Shown in pieces: positions 49,725 through 63,263 of a stretch of DNA of 64,000 nucleotides. The notes beneath the pieces were generated by a model, which saw nothing but the letters and a program-made list of their open reading frames with translations, ran no database searches and was not told the origin of the DNA. The stretch spans positions 169,198,001 to 169,262,000 of the forward strand of contig OZ024742.1 of assembly GCA_964016885.1 (NCBI GenBank). Reading direction: 5' to 3'. Position numbers and translations under genes: made by a program. This DNA is from Eledone cirrhosa. Lineage: Eukaryota. The stretch's first letter is position 1. Each line of letters starts with the position of its first letter.

Positions 49725-51420
49725 CTGGAATAAATAAAAAAGATAATTATGTAATGTAAATATCATCATCATCATAGTTTTTACATCAACTTTTCCATGC
49801 TGGCATGGTTTGGATGGAATTTTTTGAAGAAATATTTTATACCCAATTGCATTTCCTAACAAACCTTTTTTGTCACTTCTTACAACATACAAGGATACAA
49901 TGTACCGATTCTACACACAGATACATTAATTTTTTTTTTTCTCTCATAACCCCACCAAACATCAAAATAAAAGTAAATAAAAAATAACAAACATAAACCA
50001 ACCAAAACCCACCATACAAATTACAATTACTCAGCCAAAAAGCACATTTAATACAACATCCATTACAAGCAAAATAATCCATAAAATGTCTAATCTAGAA
50101 AATGTGAAACTTATAACCAAAAAATAAATCCAAATTAAAAAAACTTTTAAGAAAGATAATAATGTATTAAAACTAAAATTAAAGGGAACCTTGTTATATT
50201 TGGGGAGGGTTATGTTGTTATAATATTGCCAGAAATATATAGTAAAACACACTCCCTGTTTGGTTGGGGTTGGTTTTTGCTTCAGTATATTTTATATTTC
50301 TATAATTAATTCAGCTGCCAATCAATGTTTATCATTGATTGACCAGCAGTTAAACATATTGATATAAATATAGTTTCTCAGAGTTCTTTCATCACACACC
50401 TGTGACATCAATAGTGATAATATGTTTCCTCCCATTGTATTATTAGTGCCGCACTCAATAGATCATGGAACCATATGTAAGCATGATTCTGGCCCCCAGC
50501 CCATCTGAGATGTCAGTAGCTCTGCTTGACTACTAACTTGGTCAGTGATAACCCATCTAACCCTTGATAGCAGGGAAAGTAGACAGTAAATGATGATGAT
50601 TCAGTGTAACACAATGTGTGACAAGGTAGACTCTTTGAATTACAGGTACAGTCCATCCAACTGGCTTCCAAAGACTTTCTGTCTAGCCAACTTGAGTTGT
50701 CCCAAAGTTACAGTAAAAGTAAAAGACATTTGCCAAAGATTTCACACTGTCATAATGAACCCGGGGTCATTTATGAAGTGAATTTCTTAAACATTCACCT
50801 ATAATATGTCTTCATATATTTTCAACTCCATTTAACCTGACTATTTGACTGTTAAATCTACACTAATAAATATATATGGATGGTTTGGCATAGTGGTCAG
50901 TGTTGGATTCATAATCATTTGTTGTAGGCTTGATTCCTGAACCAGACAGTGCATTGTGTTCTACAACAAGCCACTTCAATTTACATTGCTTTCCATGGTA
51001 GGACTGAGACTCCTTTCATTAAAACACCTCAGAAACTTCCTATGAGATGCAACCTTGTAGGAATCCAGCCAAACTTACATAGGTCTGTACTGTAACAATA
51101 ATATCCATCATCATCGTTTAACATCTATTTTCCACGCTAGCATGGGTTAAAACGGGTTTGTCCCATTTAGAGGCAATTTAGGTCGGGTGACTGTGTCTCG
51201 CTCATAAAGGACTGTTTCTGGCTGGTTTTCTATGGCTGGATGCCCTTCCTAGCGCCAACCACATATACAGTGTGTACTGGATGCTTTTTGTCATGACACC
51301 TACATGACCACTTTACAGTGGAAGTTTTGTGGAACCAACATAACATACACACACATATATATATGTGTGTGTGTGTATACATATGCACACATACATATAT
51401 ACACATACATATATACACAT

Positions 51421-54420
51421 CATCATCATCATTTAACGTCTATCTTCCACGCTAACATGGGTTTAGACGGGAATTGTCCCACTTGAGGCAAGGTTGGTCG
51501 GGTGACCGTGTCTCGCCCGTATAGGACTGTCTGGCAAGTTTTCTATGGCTGGATGCCCTTCCTAACACCAATCACATTTACAGTGTGGACTGGGAGGTTT
51601 TTACTGTGTTACCTACATGGCCACATTACAGCCTGGACTGTGTGTTTTTTTTTGTCATAACACCTACACAATCTCATTTATTTTGGACTGGATGTTGTGG
51701 TACCAACATAACTTTACAGAGAAAGGGTGGTGTTGGTGGGAGTGGGGGGTAGAGTAGGGATAGGGGTGTATATTTGGTTAAGAAGGTGCCTACTGACTGT
51801 AGATTTCGCTTTGTAATTAGGCAAGGCGGGTCTTCTGTATTACTGTGTAGCACTAAAGATCTCGGTCCAGTGACATTGTCTTAGAGAGGAGTAAGTGTGT
51901 AAGGTCGGAATTTATCAAATCGTCCCAGGTTTTGATCGCCCTGCACTTTTTTATACAGTTGTCATCTTTCATGGCCATCACGTGACCATACCAACGTAGT
52001 CTTCTCTCGAGTAAACAGCATCTGATCCCTCTTATTCCTAATTTCTCACTTAGTTCATTTATGCTTTGCCGTTCGCGTATATTACTATTACACATCCGAC
52101 GGAGCATGCAAGCTTCATTCCTCTCCAGTCTGCGCAGGTCCTCTGCACACAATGCCCAGGTCTCACTGCCATGTAACATTGCTGTTCGTATGCAGGCATC
52201 ATACAATCTTCCTTTCATTTTTAGAGAGAAACCTTTAGTGGCCAATAGTGGTATAAGCTCTCTCAACTTTTTCCATCCCGTTCTGACTCTAGCTACTGTA
52301 CTTTCAGAGCACCCTCCACCACTGCTGATGTTGTCACCCAGGTAACGAAAGCTGTCCACTATTTCTATAGAGCCATCTGGGCAATAGAAGGAGCTAGTAT
52401 CCTGTGGGCACTTGCTACTTATTGCACTTGAGCATCAGTCACATATAAAATCTACGTTCTTAAATAGCTTATCTGTGATCCCACTACATCTTTTATGTAC
52501 CCATACTTTACATTTGGGACATACAATGGAATTTCTTCTACCTACTCCTTTCCTACACACTGAGCATGGCCATTTCCCAGAGGGCACCTGTGCCCTATTT
52601 TCCTTTCTACATACTAGAACTTTAGTCTTAGACAAGTTAACTTTAAGGCCTTTTGATTCTAGGCCATGCTTCCATGTTTTGAATTTCTTCTCTAGTTCAG
52701 CCATCGATTTAGCTATGAGCGTTAGATCATCTACATAGAGAAGTTCCCATGGCCAGCCGGTCTTGAACTCCTCTGTTATAGCCTGAAGGGCAATAATAAA
52801 TAGGAGGGGGCTAAGGACAGAGCCTTGATGAACACCAAATTCTTCACTATATTCGTTGTTAATTCTAACCTTGCTGACTGTTTCTTTATACATGGCTTGT
52901 ATAGCTCTCACAAGCCATTTATCAAAACCTAGTTTTCTAATAGCCCACCAGATAATGGAACAGGGGACTCTGTCAAATGCTTTCTCCAAGTCAACAAAAG
53001 CTAAGTATAGGGGTTTACAGATAGTTAGGTTATTAGCGTCACAGAATTCCAGGATTCTGGAGCCTTCCTCATTTCTAGTACCAAACCCATAGCCTCCATG
53101 GATTCCGTCATAGCCATCACAATGTTATCCAACATGACCATTTAGGTCGCCAGCAATAATTATATAGTCACTGTCGGTTATTTGGGAGGTAGTAAGCATT
53201 AGCGACTCATAGAATCTGTCTTTTATAACGCTAGGCAGTCCGGATTGGGGTGCATAAGTGGATAATATTGTCACAGTAGTTCTATTTAGAACTAGTCTTA
53301 TTTTAATTATTCTATCGTTCCCTCTATTTACGGCAATTACCTTATCTACCCATTTTTCTGCTAACATAATTCCTACTCCACCCAGCCCATTGTCATTTCC
53401 CACCCAGGAAAGTTTTTAGCATCGTTTTTTAGCCACAATGAATCTAGCAGACCCACCCCTCCACCTGGTCTCTTGAACACAGGAAACATCAACTTCCTTA
53501 CGTTCAAGCATCTCTACAACCTCGTCAGAGTGACCTTTTAAAGTGCCTACATTCATGGTACCAACTCTGAAGTTTTGGATTGCGTTTGGTGGGTGGGAAG
53601 GATGAGGCACCTCATAATCAGTCAGTAAGCACCTCTTAATCAAATATACACCCCCATCCCACTACCCCAACTCCCCTGCCCCTACCCCCATCAACGCCAC
53701 CCCTTTCTCTGTAAAGTTGTTGGTACCACAACATCCAGTCCTAAATAAATGAGGTTGTGTAGATGTCACAACAAAAAACTCACAGTCCACGCTGTAATGT
53801 GGCCATGTAGGCAACACGGTAAAAACCTCACAGTCCACACTGTAAACATGGTTGGTGTTAGGAAGAGCATCCAGCCGTAGAAAACCTGCCAGACAGTCCT
53901 ATACGAGCGAGACGACCAATCTTGCCTCAAGTGGGACAATTCCCATCTAAACCCATGCTAGCATGGAAGATAGATGTTAAACGATGATGATGATGATGTC
54001 AGCTATTTGGGAGGTAGTGAGCATTAGCAACTCATAGAATCTGTCTTTTATAACGTCAGGTAGTCCGGATTGGGGTGCATAAGCGGATTTTATTGTCACA
54101 GTAGTTCTATTTAGGACTAATCTTATTTTAATTATTCTGTCGTTCACTCTATTTACAGCAATTACCTTATCTACCCTTTTTTCTGCTAACATAATTCCTA
54201 CTCCACCCAGCCCATTGTCATTTCCCACCCAGAAAGATTTATAGCATCGTTTTTTACCCACAATGAATCTAGCAGACCCACCCCTCCACCTGGTCTCTTG
54301 AACACAACAAACATCAACTTCCTTACGTTCAAGCATCTCTACACCCTCTTTAGAGCGACCTTTTAAAGTGCCTACATTCATGGTACCAACTCTGAAGTTT
54401 TGAATTTCGTTGGGTGGGTG
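51421..54420 (-). mobile_element. Rearranged RTE LINE complex (3' UTR, RT, internal deletion, APE, inverted 3' UTR, duplicated APE)
   Basis: ORFs with FRYLGD, EKAFDRVP, VHQGSVLSPLLF, YAPQSG, AGDLNGHVG and VQETRW; the APE segment occurs twice. Confidence 0.88.
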
Positions 54421-54894
54421 AAAGGGATGGGTTGGAGGCGCAGGGAGGGGTGAGGAGATGGGATTATGTTAGCCATCCGTATCTGAAATAAAGAGGAGTC
54501 CTTGCATTCTCACCAGCAACAGGAGGTGAATTTATCTTTATCTTTAACATTGTCATTGAGTGTTCAGATTCTTCAGACTTTCCAATTTCTGTAGTCCATT
54601 TAGCATATCGAAAAGCAACCAGGTCTAAACTTAAGGAGTGATAGCTGAGGCGGTGGTTTTGTGATAGAGATTGGTAAGAGAAACATATTATAAGCCGATG
54701 TATTATGATTGGAGCAAATAGTAATGGTGGCATGTGGGATGGGGGGGAGTTAACGAGAAGATTATTTTTATAAAGGTCCTACAGATTCAACCTTAATTAT
54801 GAAAAGTTAAATGAACATATAACAGTAATCGGAGTTTAAATACGAGAAGATTGTTTTTGAGGGTCTGACAGAATTATCGATAATAATAATATAT

Positions 54895-55021
54895 TACCCA
54901 CTGATGATTTATAAGAGCCCACTTGAATAAGTATCTGTTGATCTTATACAAGCTTCTACATAACTTGGTATAATTTCACCCAACTTGTAGAAATCTTATA
55001 ATGAAACGAGTCATCTGGGAA
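54895..55021 (+). ncRNA. Type I hammerhead-like motif with 95-nt stem II
   Basis: ccca-CTGATGA-tttataaga...tcttataat-GAAA-cgagtca-TC-tggg; stem III has one mismatch. Confidence 0.6.
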
Positions 55022-55254
55022 ATGATATATTTGATATATCTCATATGAAATAATACAGCCAATTATCCACACAATACAATATAGTTAGCAACCCAAACGT
55101 TTAATTGGGAATATACTCAGGTATTTCCTAATGTTTGTTGAGTGAGTTGGAATTTGGCCGGAGTATCGCATTTAGCTTTCTCCGATTATGTATTTATATA
55201 TATATATGCACACATGGTCTACATACACATATTTGTGTGTATATACACATATCA

Positions 55255-57772
55255 TCACCTCCGTCATACGTCCATTTTCCATGCTAGCATGGGTTAGATG
55301 GGTTGTTCTGTTGTGGGCAATCCTAGATCAGGTGACCATGTCTTGCTCATACATGTCTGGGTGTGGATTAGTTTCTGCAGCTGGATGCCCTTCCTAACGT
55401 TAACCTCAATTTACAATGATTACTGGGTGCTTTTTGTCGTGACGCCTACACAATCACTTTACAGTGTGGGTTGGGGGGGGCTTTCTCTTGGCCTGTCCTC
55501 CTAAGGGTGTATTGGGTTGGGGCATACTGTATATATGCTTTAGCTTGTACCTGTGGGAAGTCAGGTCTTCTGTATTACTGCGTATTGCCAGAGATCCCGC
55601 TCATGTGTCACCGCCTTTGAGAGGTGCAATTGGGCAAGGTCAGCTTTTATCACCTCATCCCAAGTCTTCTTGGTTCTCCCCACTCCAAGGCTTCTATCTA
55701 CTTTGGGCGCTCTGCACTTTTTTATGCAGCTGTCATCCTTCATATGCATCACATATCCATACCAACACAATCTCCTCTCCTGCACACAGCATTTGATTCC
55801 TCTTAGGCCTAGTTTCTCTCTCAGTTCATTTATGCTTCGCCGTTCTTGTATATTACTACGACACATCCATCGGAGCATGCAAACTTCATTTCTTTTCAAT
55901 CTACACAAGTCTTCTGCACACAGTGCCCAGGTCTCACTATCATGCAGTGCATAGCTGTTCGTATGCACACATCATACAGTCTGCCTTTCATTATGAAGGA
56001 GAAGCCTTTTGTAGCCAGCAGTGGTAGTAGCTCCCTGAACTTCCTCCATCCTGTTCTCACTCTGGCTACTGTACTTTCAGAACACCCACCACCGCTGCTA
56101 ATTCGGTCACCTAAGTAGCAGAAGTTGTCAACTGTTTCTACAGAGCCCTCCCAGAATTTGGTAGTGCTTGTTCCCTGCAGTCGTAAGCTGCTTACTGTTC
56201 CAGTGCAACTGCTACATGTAAAGCCTACATTCTTAACTAAACTTCCTGAGTTCACACTACATCTCTGGTGTACCCATAGTTTGCATATGGGGCAGAGGAA
56301 GGAGTTTCTACTTACGCCTTTCCTACATACTGAACAAGGCCAATTCCTCGAGAGGATCTGGGTTCTGTTTTCTCTTCTACTTACTAGGACTTTTGTCTTT
56401 GTCAGGTTGACTTTAAGACCCCTTCTTTCTAGGCCCTGCTTCCATGTTTGGAATTTCTTCTCTAGTTCCACCATAGATTCAGCTAGCAGCATAAGATCAT
56501 CCATGTACAGAAGTTCCATGGGCAACCAGTCTTAAACTCCTCCGTTATAGCCTGCAAAATGATAATAAACAAGAGTGGGCTAAGAACAGAGCCCTGGTGG
56601 ACACCAACTTGTGCGCTAATTCCTCACTATAGTCATTATTAATCCTGACTTTGCTGACTGCTCCTCTATACGTGGCTCCTCTATACGTGGCTTGTACAGG
56701 CTTCATAAGCCACTCATCTATTCCTAGTTTTCTAAGGCCCCACAAAATTATGTCACGGAGCACTCTGTCGAAAGCTTTCTCCAGATCAACAAATGCTAGG
56801 TAAAGATGCTTACTTTTAGCTAGGTACTTTTCCTTTAACTGTTTCACAACGAAGAGGGCATCGGTGGCGCTTTTGCCTGGCACAAATCCAAACTGCATCT
56901 CATCTAGATTTACCCTGTCCCTAATCAACTGTGCTATGACACTTTCAGTTACTTTCATTACCTGGTCCATCAGTTTTATACCTCTATAGTTACCTCTATC
57001 TAGTGCATCTCCTTTACCCTTGTAGCAATTGACAATGATGCTGCTGCGCCAATCATTTAGTGTGACGCCATCTAGTATTATTTGGTTACAATACATGTAG
57101 TTATGGTGTGTCCTACTGACCCAGATGCTTTCAGCATCTCACCAACTATTCATGATGGACCGGTTTTCGTATCCTTAATTGCCTTACCAACTACACTGTT
57201 ACTGACTTGTACTGCTGGTATCTCAATGGGGTCTGCTTGGGGTAGAGTCTCTTTCTCCCATGCATTCTCTTCATTCAGTAATCTTTCATAATGGCTCTTC
57301 CACGCATGTTTCTTCTCAGCATCTGTGAGGGCAAGTGCACCTTTATCACCTGAACACACTTCTCACTGATGACATCGCAATTTTCTGTAACACACTGCCT
57401 CACAATCCTGAACACCTGCTGTTTCTGGTTCTCACACTGCACAACATGCTTGAATTTTTTATCCTCCACTTCCCTTCTAGCAAAGTATACTTGTCGCCTA
57501 GCTTCCCTCCTGGTCTGTATATAATGTACCCTGCTCCCCTCGTTCTTCCATTGTTTCCATGCCTGTCTCTTGGCCTTAATTGCTACATCTACCTTATTGT
57601 TCCACCACCAAGTCATTCTCCTCCCTGTAGTCTTGCCCCAACCACAAATCTCGTCTGTCATTTTTAGTAGGTTATTTTTTAGGAACTACCAGTGCTCTCC
57701 TACATTGAATGTCTCTATCTGTTCTTCTTTACTGTCATAAGCTTCAAGTAAAATATCTCTAAATTTGTTACT
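55255..57772 (-). mobile_element. 5'-truncated RTE LINE
   Basis: TWWWN..V..AIKAKR, NYRGIKL, QFGFVPGKSATDA, AFVDLEKAFDRV, LLYMDDL, RLCWYG. Confidence 0.92.
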
Positions 57773-57997
57773 ATGGGGGAGGCAGCAGAACAGGCCTCGT
57801 GTTGGTCTTGTTGGTGCAGTAATTTGGCCAACACTGCTAACCCACCAGTGACAAGATGTTACAGTTGAGGGTCAAAACACCCAATGAATTTGGACACCAT
57901 CTGATGACATCAATGCCTCCTGGCCAAGGCTCTATTCACCAAAAGTGAATGAACATGAGGTATCTTCTTGAAGATGTAATTCTGCATATATATATAT

Positions 57998-58410
57998 ATC
58001 ATGATTTGACTGGGGCTCCTATCATTAAAATACCCAAGAAACATCCTATGAGATGCAACCTCATAGGAGGCCAGATAAATCTACATATGTGTGGATTGTA
58101 ACATTATATATACGTAATGATTTAACTGGGGCTCCTGTCATTAAAATACCCAAAAAATCTCATATGAGATAAAATTTCATAAGAAGCCAGCTAAACCTAC
58201 ATAGGGGTGAACTGTAACAACATGATAGAACTAGAGCCCTATCATTAAAACACTCAAGAAACCTCCTACAATTACAACCTCAAAGGTCAGCTAAACCTAC
58301 ACAGGTTAAAACTGTAAGATTCATGATAGGACAGGGGTTTCTATGATTAAAACACCCAAGACACCTCATATGAGGCTAGATAAACTTGCATAGATATGAA
58401 CTGTAAATTT
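57998..58410. repeat. Tandem array of diverged 80-110-bp units (one more copy at about 50995-51100)
   Basis: Recurring ggggctcctatcattaaaatacccaagaaac...tatgag...ccagctaaacctacatagg...ctgtaaca. Confidence 0.8.
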
Positions 58411-58698
58411 CATTCTTTTTTTTTTAACAAATATTTGTACTTCTTATAGTCAATTATTGATAAGTGTCCTCTTTCTAAATAATATACTATAACTACATTA
58501 GACACTGCTCCTCTAAATTTGCTGATTGTTATGCAACCATTATGACAAACCATTCAATGAATTTCTCTCTTCATTTTTAGTCCTTGAATTGATTAACAAC
58601 TGCCATGGTTATCCAAGAACTGAAAGCGAACAATTACTGCATGGAAGATTCATTTTAGCCTTTTAAAAACACACAAAAACTGTTAACTTTGCTTTATA

Positions 58699-59059
58699 TA
58701 GTTGTACCCCAGTATTCGCTAAAGTCACATTCCTGGAAAACCCGCGAAAAGTGAAAAACCGGGAATATTGGATGTGGTTCATAAAAATGCCTATAAACAT
58801 CAAAATATAATGTAAAATATAATAAAAAAAGAGGGAGCGTCTTATGCGAAGGGGTGTCCAATAGGCTGGCAGATACGGTATATTGTTATTAATAATTTAG
58901 CGTTAAAAAAATATATATTGCCACAAAAAAATCCATTAAAAAATCGCGGAACATATTTACGATTCTGTGAATATGCGGTGGTTGCCACAAACAATTATTA
59001 GTTAGGTTCTAAGGAAAATTCCACAAATGACCAGGATTGCAAATGCCAGGGGTACACTG
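58699..59059. mobile_element. Tigger/pogo-like MITE
   Basis: ta-tagttgtaccccagtattcgc ... gcaaatgccaggggtacactg-ta: TIRs with TA flanks. Confidence 0.6.
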
Positions 59060-59405
59060 TATATATTATTCATTTCTTGGTGTCAAAATTTTCAAAACAC
59101 TGTGACCTGATCACTGACATAACTCCACTGCAACTGAAGTCACTTGCCAGACATGTACATCTCCGAAAAAGTGGAAAACAATAACAATCTGTTTATCCTA
59201 AAGGAGTTTCACAGATGATAGAGGAGTGGAGTGGGGGCTTACTATTTAATGAAGGAAGAACTGCGTTCAATGACCGTTGAGAAAGTTCTCCTCAAACCAA
59301 AGGGTTTATCAAAGGTCTGCTTGATTCACAATCTGACTTGGGACTAAACAACAACAACATCAACAATATATAATCTTAAAAATGTTGATTAAAATTATAA
59401 CTTAC

Positions 59406-59512
59406 CGATTCTCTTCCCAGTCAAAAGGTTTTTTTGTTTCATTTGGTTTAATACATCGAATATAGTGAGGTGTACATAACATGAGCTTTTCTACTAATAA
59501 ATTGGCCTGAGT
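59406..59512 (-). CDS. MYO1E: Myosin IE/F-like exon 2 (actin-binding region)
   Basis: [36 protein letters not shown]; AG/GT bounded, 107 nt. Confidence 0.97.
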
Positions 59513-60774
59513 CTGAAGATTTAAAATATAATTATGTAAATTGTTTGTTTAGGAAGCTGCTACAATGCATGTGGAGCGAGGTGGAATGGAGTGAAGTAAG
59601 ATGGAGCGGTGTGGTGTGGTATGGAATAAAGAAAGGAGGAAACACCAGTGAATCAAACATGTGAGAATGAAGATATCACAAAAGCTCCAAAGAACAGAAG
59701 CCCCGCCTCCTCCTGAAATACTGACAGGAAAGGCAGATGTCAGAAAGAACAGACATGTTTGTGTGTGTCTGAGATCAAAGTGTATTTGGTGAGCAACACA
59801 GTGCCAATCAGTCAGGTGGCTTTCTTTGGGTGCCATTTAGGACATTTTTCTGTATGTAGCAGCAGCACCATCACAGATGTAGGAACAGTGCATCATTGTT
59901 GATCTCACTAGAGTTTTGTAGAAGGTTAGTAGTTGGGTGGGTGTTTATTTGAATTTTCCCAGAGCTCTGATCTGATAGTCCAATACTACATCTACTTTTT
60001 TCAAACATGATATCTTCCCTAGTGCTGGTGCTATGATAAAATGCACTCAGTATAATATGGGAACATATGTAAGTGAGATGCAGGTCCCTGACTCATCTGA
60101 GGGGTCAGTATTCTGCTTGAGTACTGACTCAGTCTTTGACGACCCATCCAGCCCTTGCTAGTGGGGTAAACAGATGTTAAATGGTGATGATGATGGTCCC
60201 AATAAGAGTAATTGTAATATGAGCTACTGTCATACCATGACCAGTACTACACTACAACAATAATTGAAACAGCATAAAGATCCTCTGTACAAATCAACGA
60301 GTCAGCCTCTATACAAGTTACCTCACCAACTAGAAATAACAGCCAAATCTTTCTCAAATTGGACTCTGGCCCTTTTAAAAATGGATAAATTCAATATTGA
60401 AGTCACAGAGACACACATCCTCATCATCATTGTTTTAATATCTATTTTTCACACTTACATGGGTTAGAAGAGTTGTCACATTCTGATGCTAGACAGACAA
60501 GTCAGATGACTGTATCTTGTTCATATGATCCATTCTGACATGGACCCTACAGCTGGGTGCCATTCCTAATGCCAACCACTTCATGGTGTGTACTAGGTGC
60601 GTTTTATCATTACACCATCACTACAAAAGACCAGATGGCCAGATTCTGATCTGTTTTTGATTATACATCAGCTAAATCAGGATTAAGTAGGGCTAAACAA
60701 TAACAATAAAATAAATATATATATATATTTTAAAAAAACAAAACAAAAAAAAACACAGGTAAACAGACACACAC

Positions 60775-60856
60775 CTTAATTTTTCCCCCTGCAGTTGTAG
60801 GGCGCCCTTTCTTCGCATCTTTGAGATTCTCTGGAAATAATTTACGGATGAAGCCA
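60775..60856 (-). CDS. MYO1E: Myosin IE/F-like exon 1 in window (loop 2 region); upstream exons lie beyond 64000
   Basis: GFIRKLFPENLKDAKKGRPTTAGGKIK; AG/GT bounded, 82 nt. Confidence 0.95.
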
Positions 60857-60915
60857 CTGAAAAGAAATATTAAATGATAGTAATATAATTCATTACATCA
60901 TGTCACTCTCAATCC

Positions 60916-61290
60916 CTACTGGTAACATGTGGCCCTGTACAACTGGTAACATGTGGCCCTGTACAACTGGTAACATGTAGCCCAGTACAACTGGTAACAT
61001 GTAGCCCAGAACAACTGATAGCATGTAGCCCAGTACAACTGGTAGCATATTGCCCAGTACAACTGGTAACATGTAGCTCAATACAACTGGTAGTATGTTG
61101 CCCAGTACAACTGGTAGTATGTTGCCCAGTACAACTGGTAGTATGTTGCCCAGTACAATTGGTAACATGTAGCTCAGTACAACTGGTAACATGTAGCCCT
61201 GTACAACCTGTCATGGTCAGGTCGTTCTCAAGTGCTACTGGTAACATGTAGCCTAGTACAACTAGTAGCATATAGCCCAGTACAACCTGT
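60916..61290. repeat. 24/25-bp minisatellite (ctggtaacatgtagcccagtacaa)
   Basis: About 14 visible units. Confidence 0.95.
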
Positions 61291-61972
61291 CATGTGGTTG
61301 AGTCATTGGCAACTAAACCAGCAACTCCACCAAGCTTTTTTGATGAGAGGATCATTTTTGGACACCCAGCAGAATGATAAACAAAATTCATCAATCAACA
61401 GCCATCCAGTAGTGTGTAAAACAAAAAAATAATAGTAAACAAAGCTCATTATACTTGGTTGGCTGTCTGTCTAGGAGAAGGCTCACTCTGATTTCAAAAC
61501 TGGAGTAAATGGGACTTCTTGGTCCACTTGGTGACAACCTTTCAAGTAGCCAACTGCTTCATCCTTATGATAAAGGCAGATGAGCTGTAGCTTGGTAGCC
61601 AGCTTCCAAGTAATGGTCAGACAAGGATTTGTGATCCACCAATGTCACTTTTTTCCTCCGATGAGTATCATGGACATACAGCATCATATAGATTAGCATT
61701 GGTGCACTTATCCATGGTCCCCGACCCTCAGCAATGAGGATGGGAAGCGATGGGATCAATAAAATTAAAAGCAGTTGATTCGCAGAATTAGTGGGCTGGT
61801 AGCCAAAATACCTTACAGTATTTACTAGTTATAAGAATTTACATTCTGAATATAAATCCCACTAAGTTTAATTTTTATATCATTCTTCCGGTGTTGATAA
61901 AATAAAATAGTAGTCATGTATTGGGGATCAATATAAATGGCTATACACCATCCTAAAATTGTATGACTTTGA

Positions 61973-62513
61973 ATCATTATCTATAAAAGGCAGATTGTTG
62001 TTGTTGTGTGTGCGTGTGTGTGTGCATGTTCCATGTTTATACATTTGCACAATTTCAAACCGATTCGACTCAAAGTCTGTAAGAATGTTGTAAATGGTCG
62101 AACTTAGGTCAACGACTATTTATTTCATTCAAACTCACCCACAATTACGGAAATAATCGATAAAACTAAATACATGACGCTTTACCCCTCTAATACAATC
62201 AGATTACCTCTCTCTACTCCCCTTCATCAGAGAAAGTTGCAGCATGTATGTACTTTTATCGAATTTTAAGGGCAGTAGAGAGAGGTATTCTGAATGTATT
62301 AGAGGGGTAAAGCGTCATGTATTTAGTATTATCGATTATTTCCGTAATTGTGGGTGAGTTTGAATGAAATAAATAGTCGTTGACCTAAGTTCGACCATTT
62401 ACAACATTCTTACAGACTTTGAGTCGAATCGGTTTGAAATTGTGCAAATGTATAAACATGGAACATGCACACACACACGCAACAACAACAATCTGCCTTT
62501 TATAGATAATGAT
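61973..62513. repeat. Inverted repeat, about 250-bp arms and 43-nt spacer, made of a Helitron-like 5' end
   Basis: tctataaaaggcagattgttgttg...ctactcccctt mirrored by aagggcagtag...aatctgccttttataga. Confidence 0.92.
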
Positions 62514-62974
62514 GATGATGATGATGATGATTAAACTTACAAACGTTAAGAGAGAGAGAGGGAGAGGGAGAGAAATCGAACGTTTGTTTTTGAGTGTGGA
62601 ACGGTCAAACATTTATTTACTTCAATGACAAAGAGAACTTATTACATTTCATACGAAACAACAATTATTCAAAAGCAACAGATAAATTTATTCAACAACA
62701 AAAAAATAGCGATAAATCTTTTTTAAAACATCTATCAATGAACATGGAAGAAAGAAATATCAGTTCATTTACTATACACAATAATATCCTCTATGAGGTC
62801 ACTAAACCTGCTAGAAACAGCAGCTAACTCTCCCCCATATCACACCACTCCCTACTGTCTTAAATTTAGAAAACATATCCCCTATGAGGTAACTAAACCT
62901 GCTAGAAACAGCAGCTAACTCTCCCCCATATCACACCCTTCCCTACTGTCTTAAATTTAGAAAACACACATTAG

Positions 62975-63263
62975 ACAACCATGCAGAACAACTCCATCGC
63001 AGCTCTGTTGTTCGGCTGGCATCGTCTACGCGCGTGTTGCGCAAGTACTGTGAAACAATAAATTTCAACACTTCTTTGCACAGAGATAATATCCATAGGC
63101 CCACTACAATTGTCACTGCTGGCGCAGCTCCTGCTTCGGCAGTCCAGGTCTGCAATTCATTCACCTAGTGCATGGCAGACAAAAAAGTGCTGCCATAAAA
63201 TGGGTGGTGCAACCTAACTTTGGTAACTTACTGACCCCGAGCAATGCCGAGCTTTAATGCTAG
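62975..63263 (+). mobile_element. Helitron-like 3' end
   Basis: cccgagcaatgccgag ctttaatg-CTAG, the same terminal pattern as 46845-46869. Confidence 0.55.

Noticed and set aside
62205-62235. CTGATGA on the minus strand in the spacer of the 62-kb fold-back
   Set aside because: No closing stem II, GAAA or stem I complement found.
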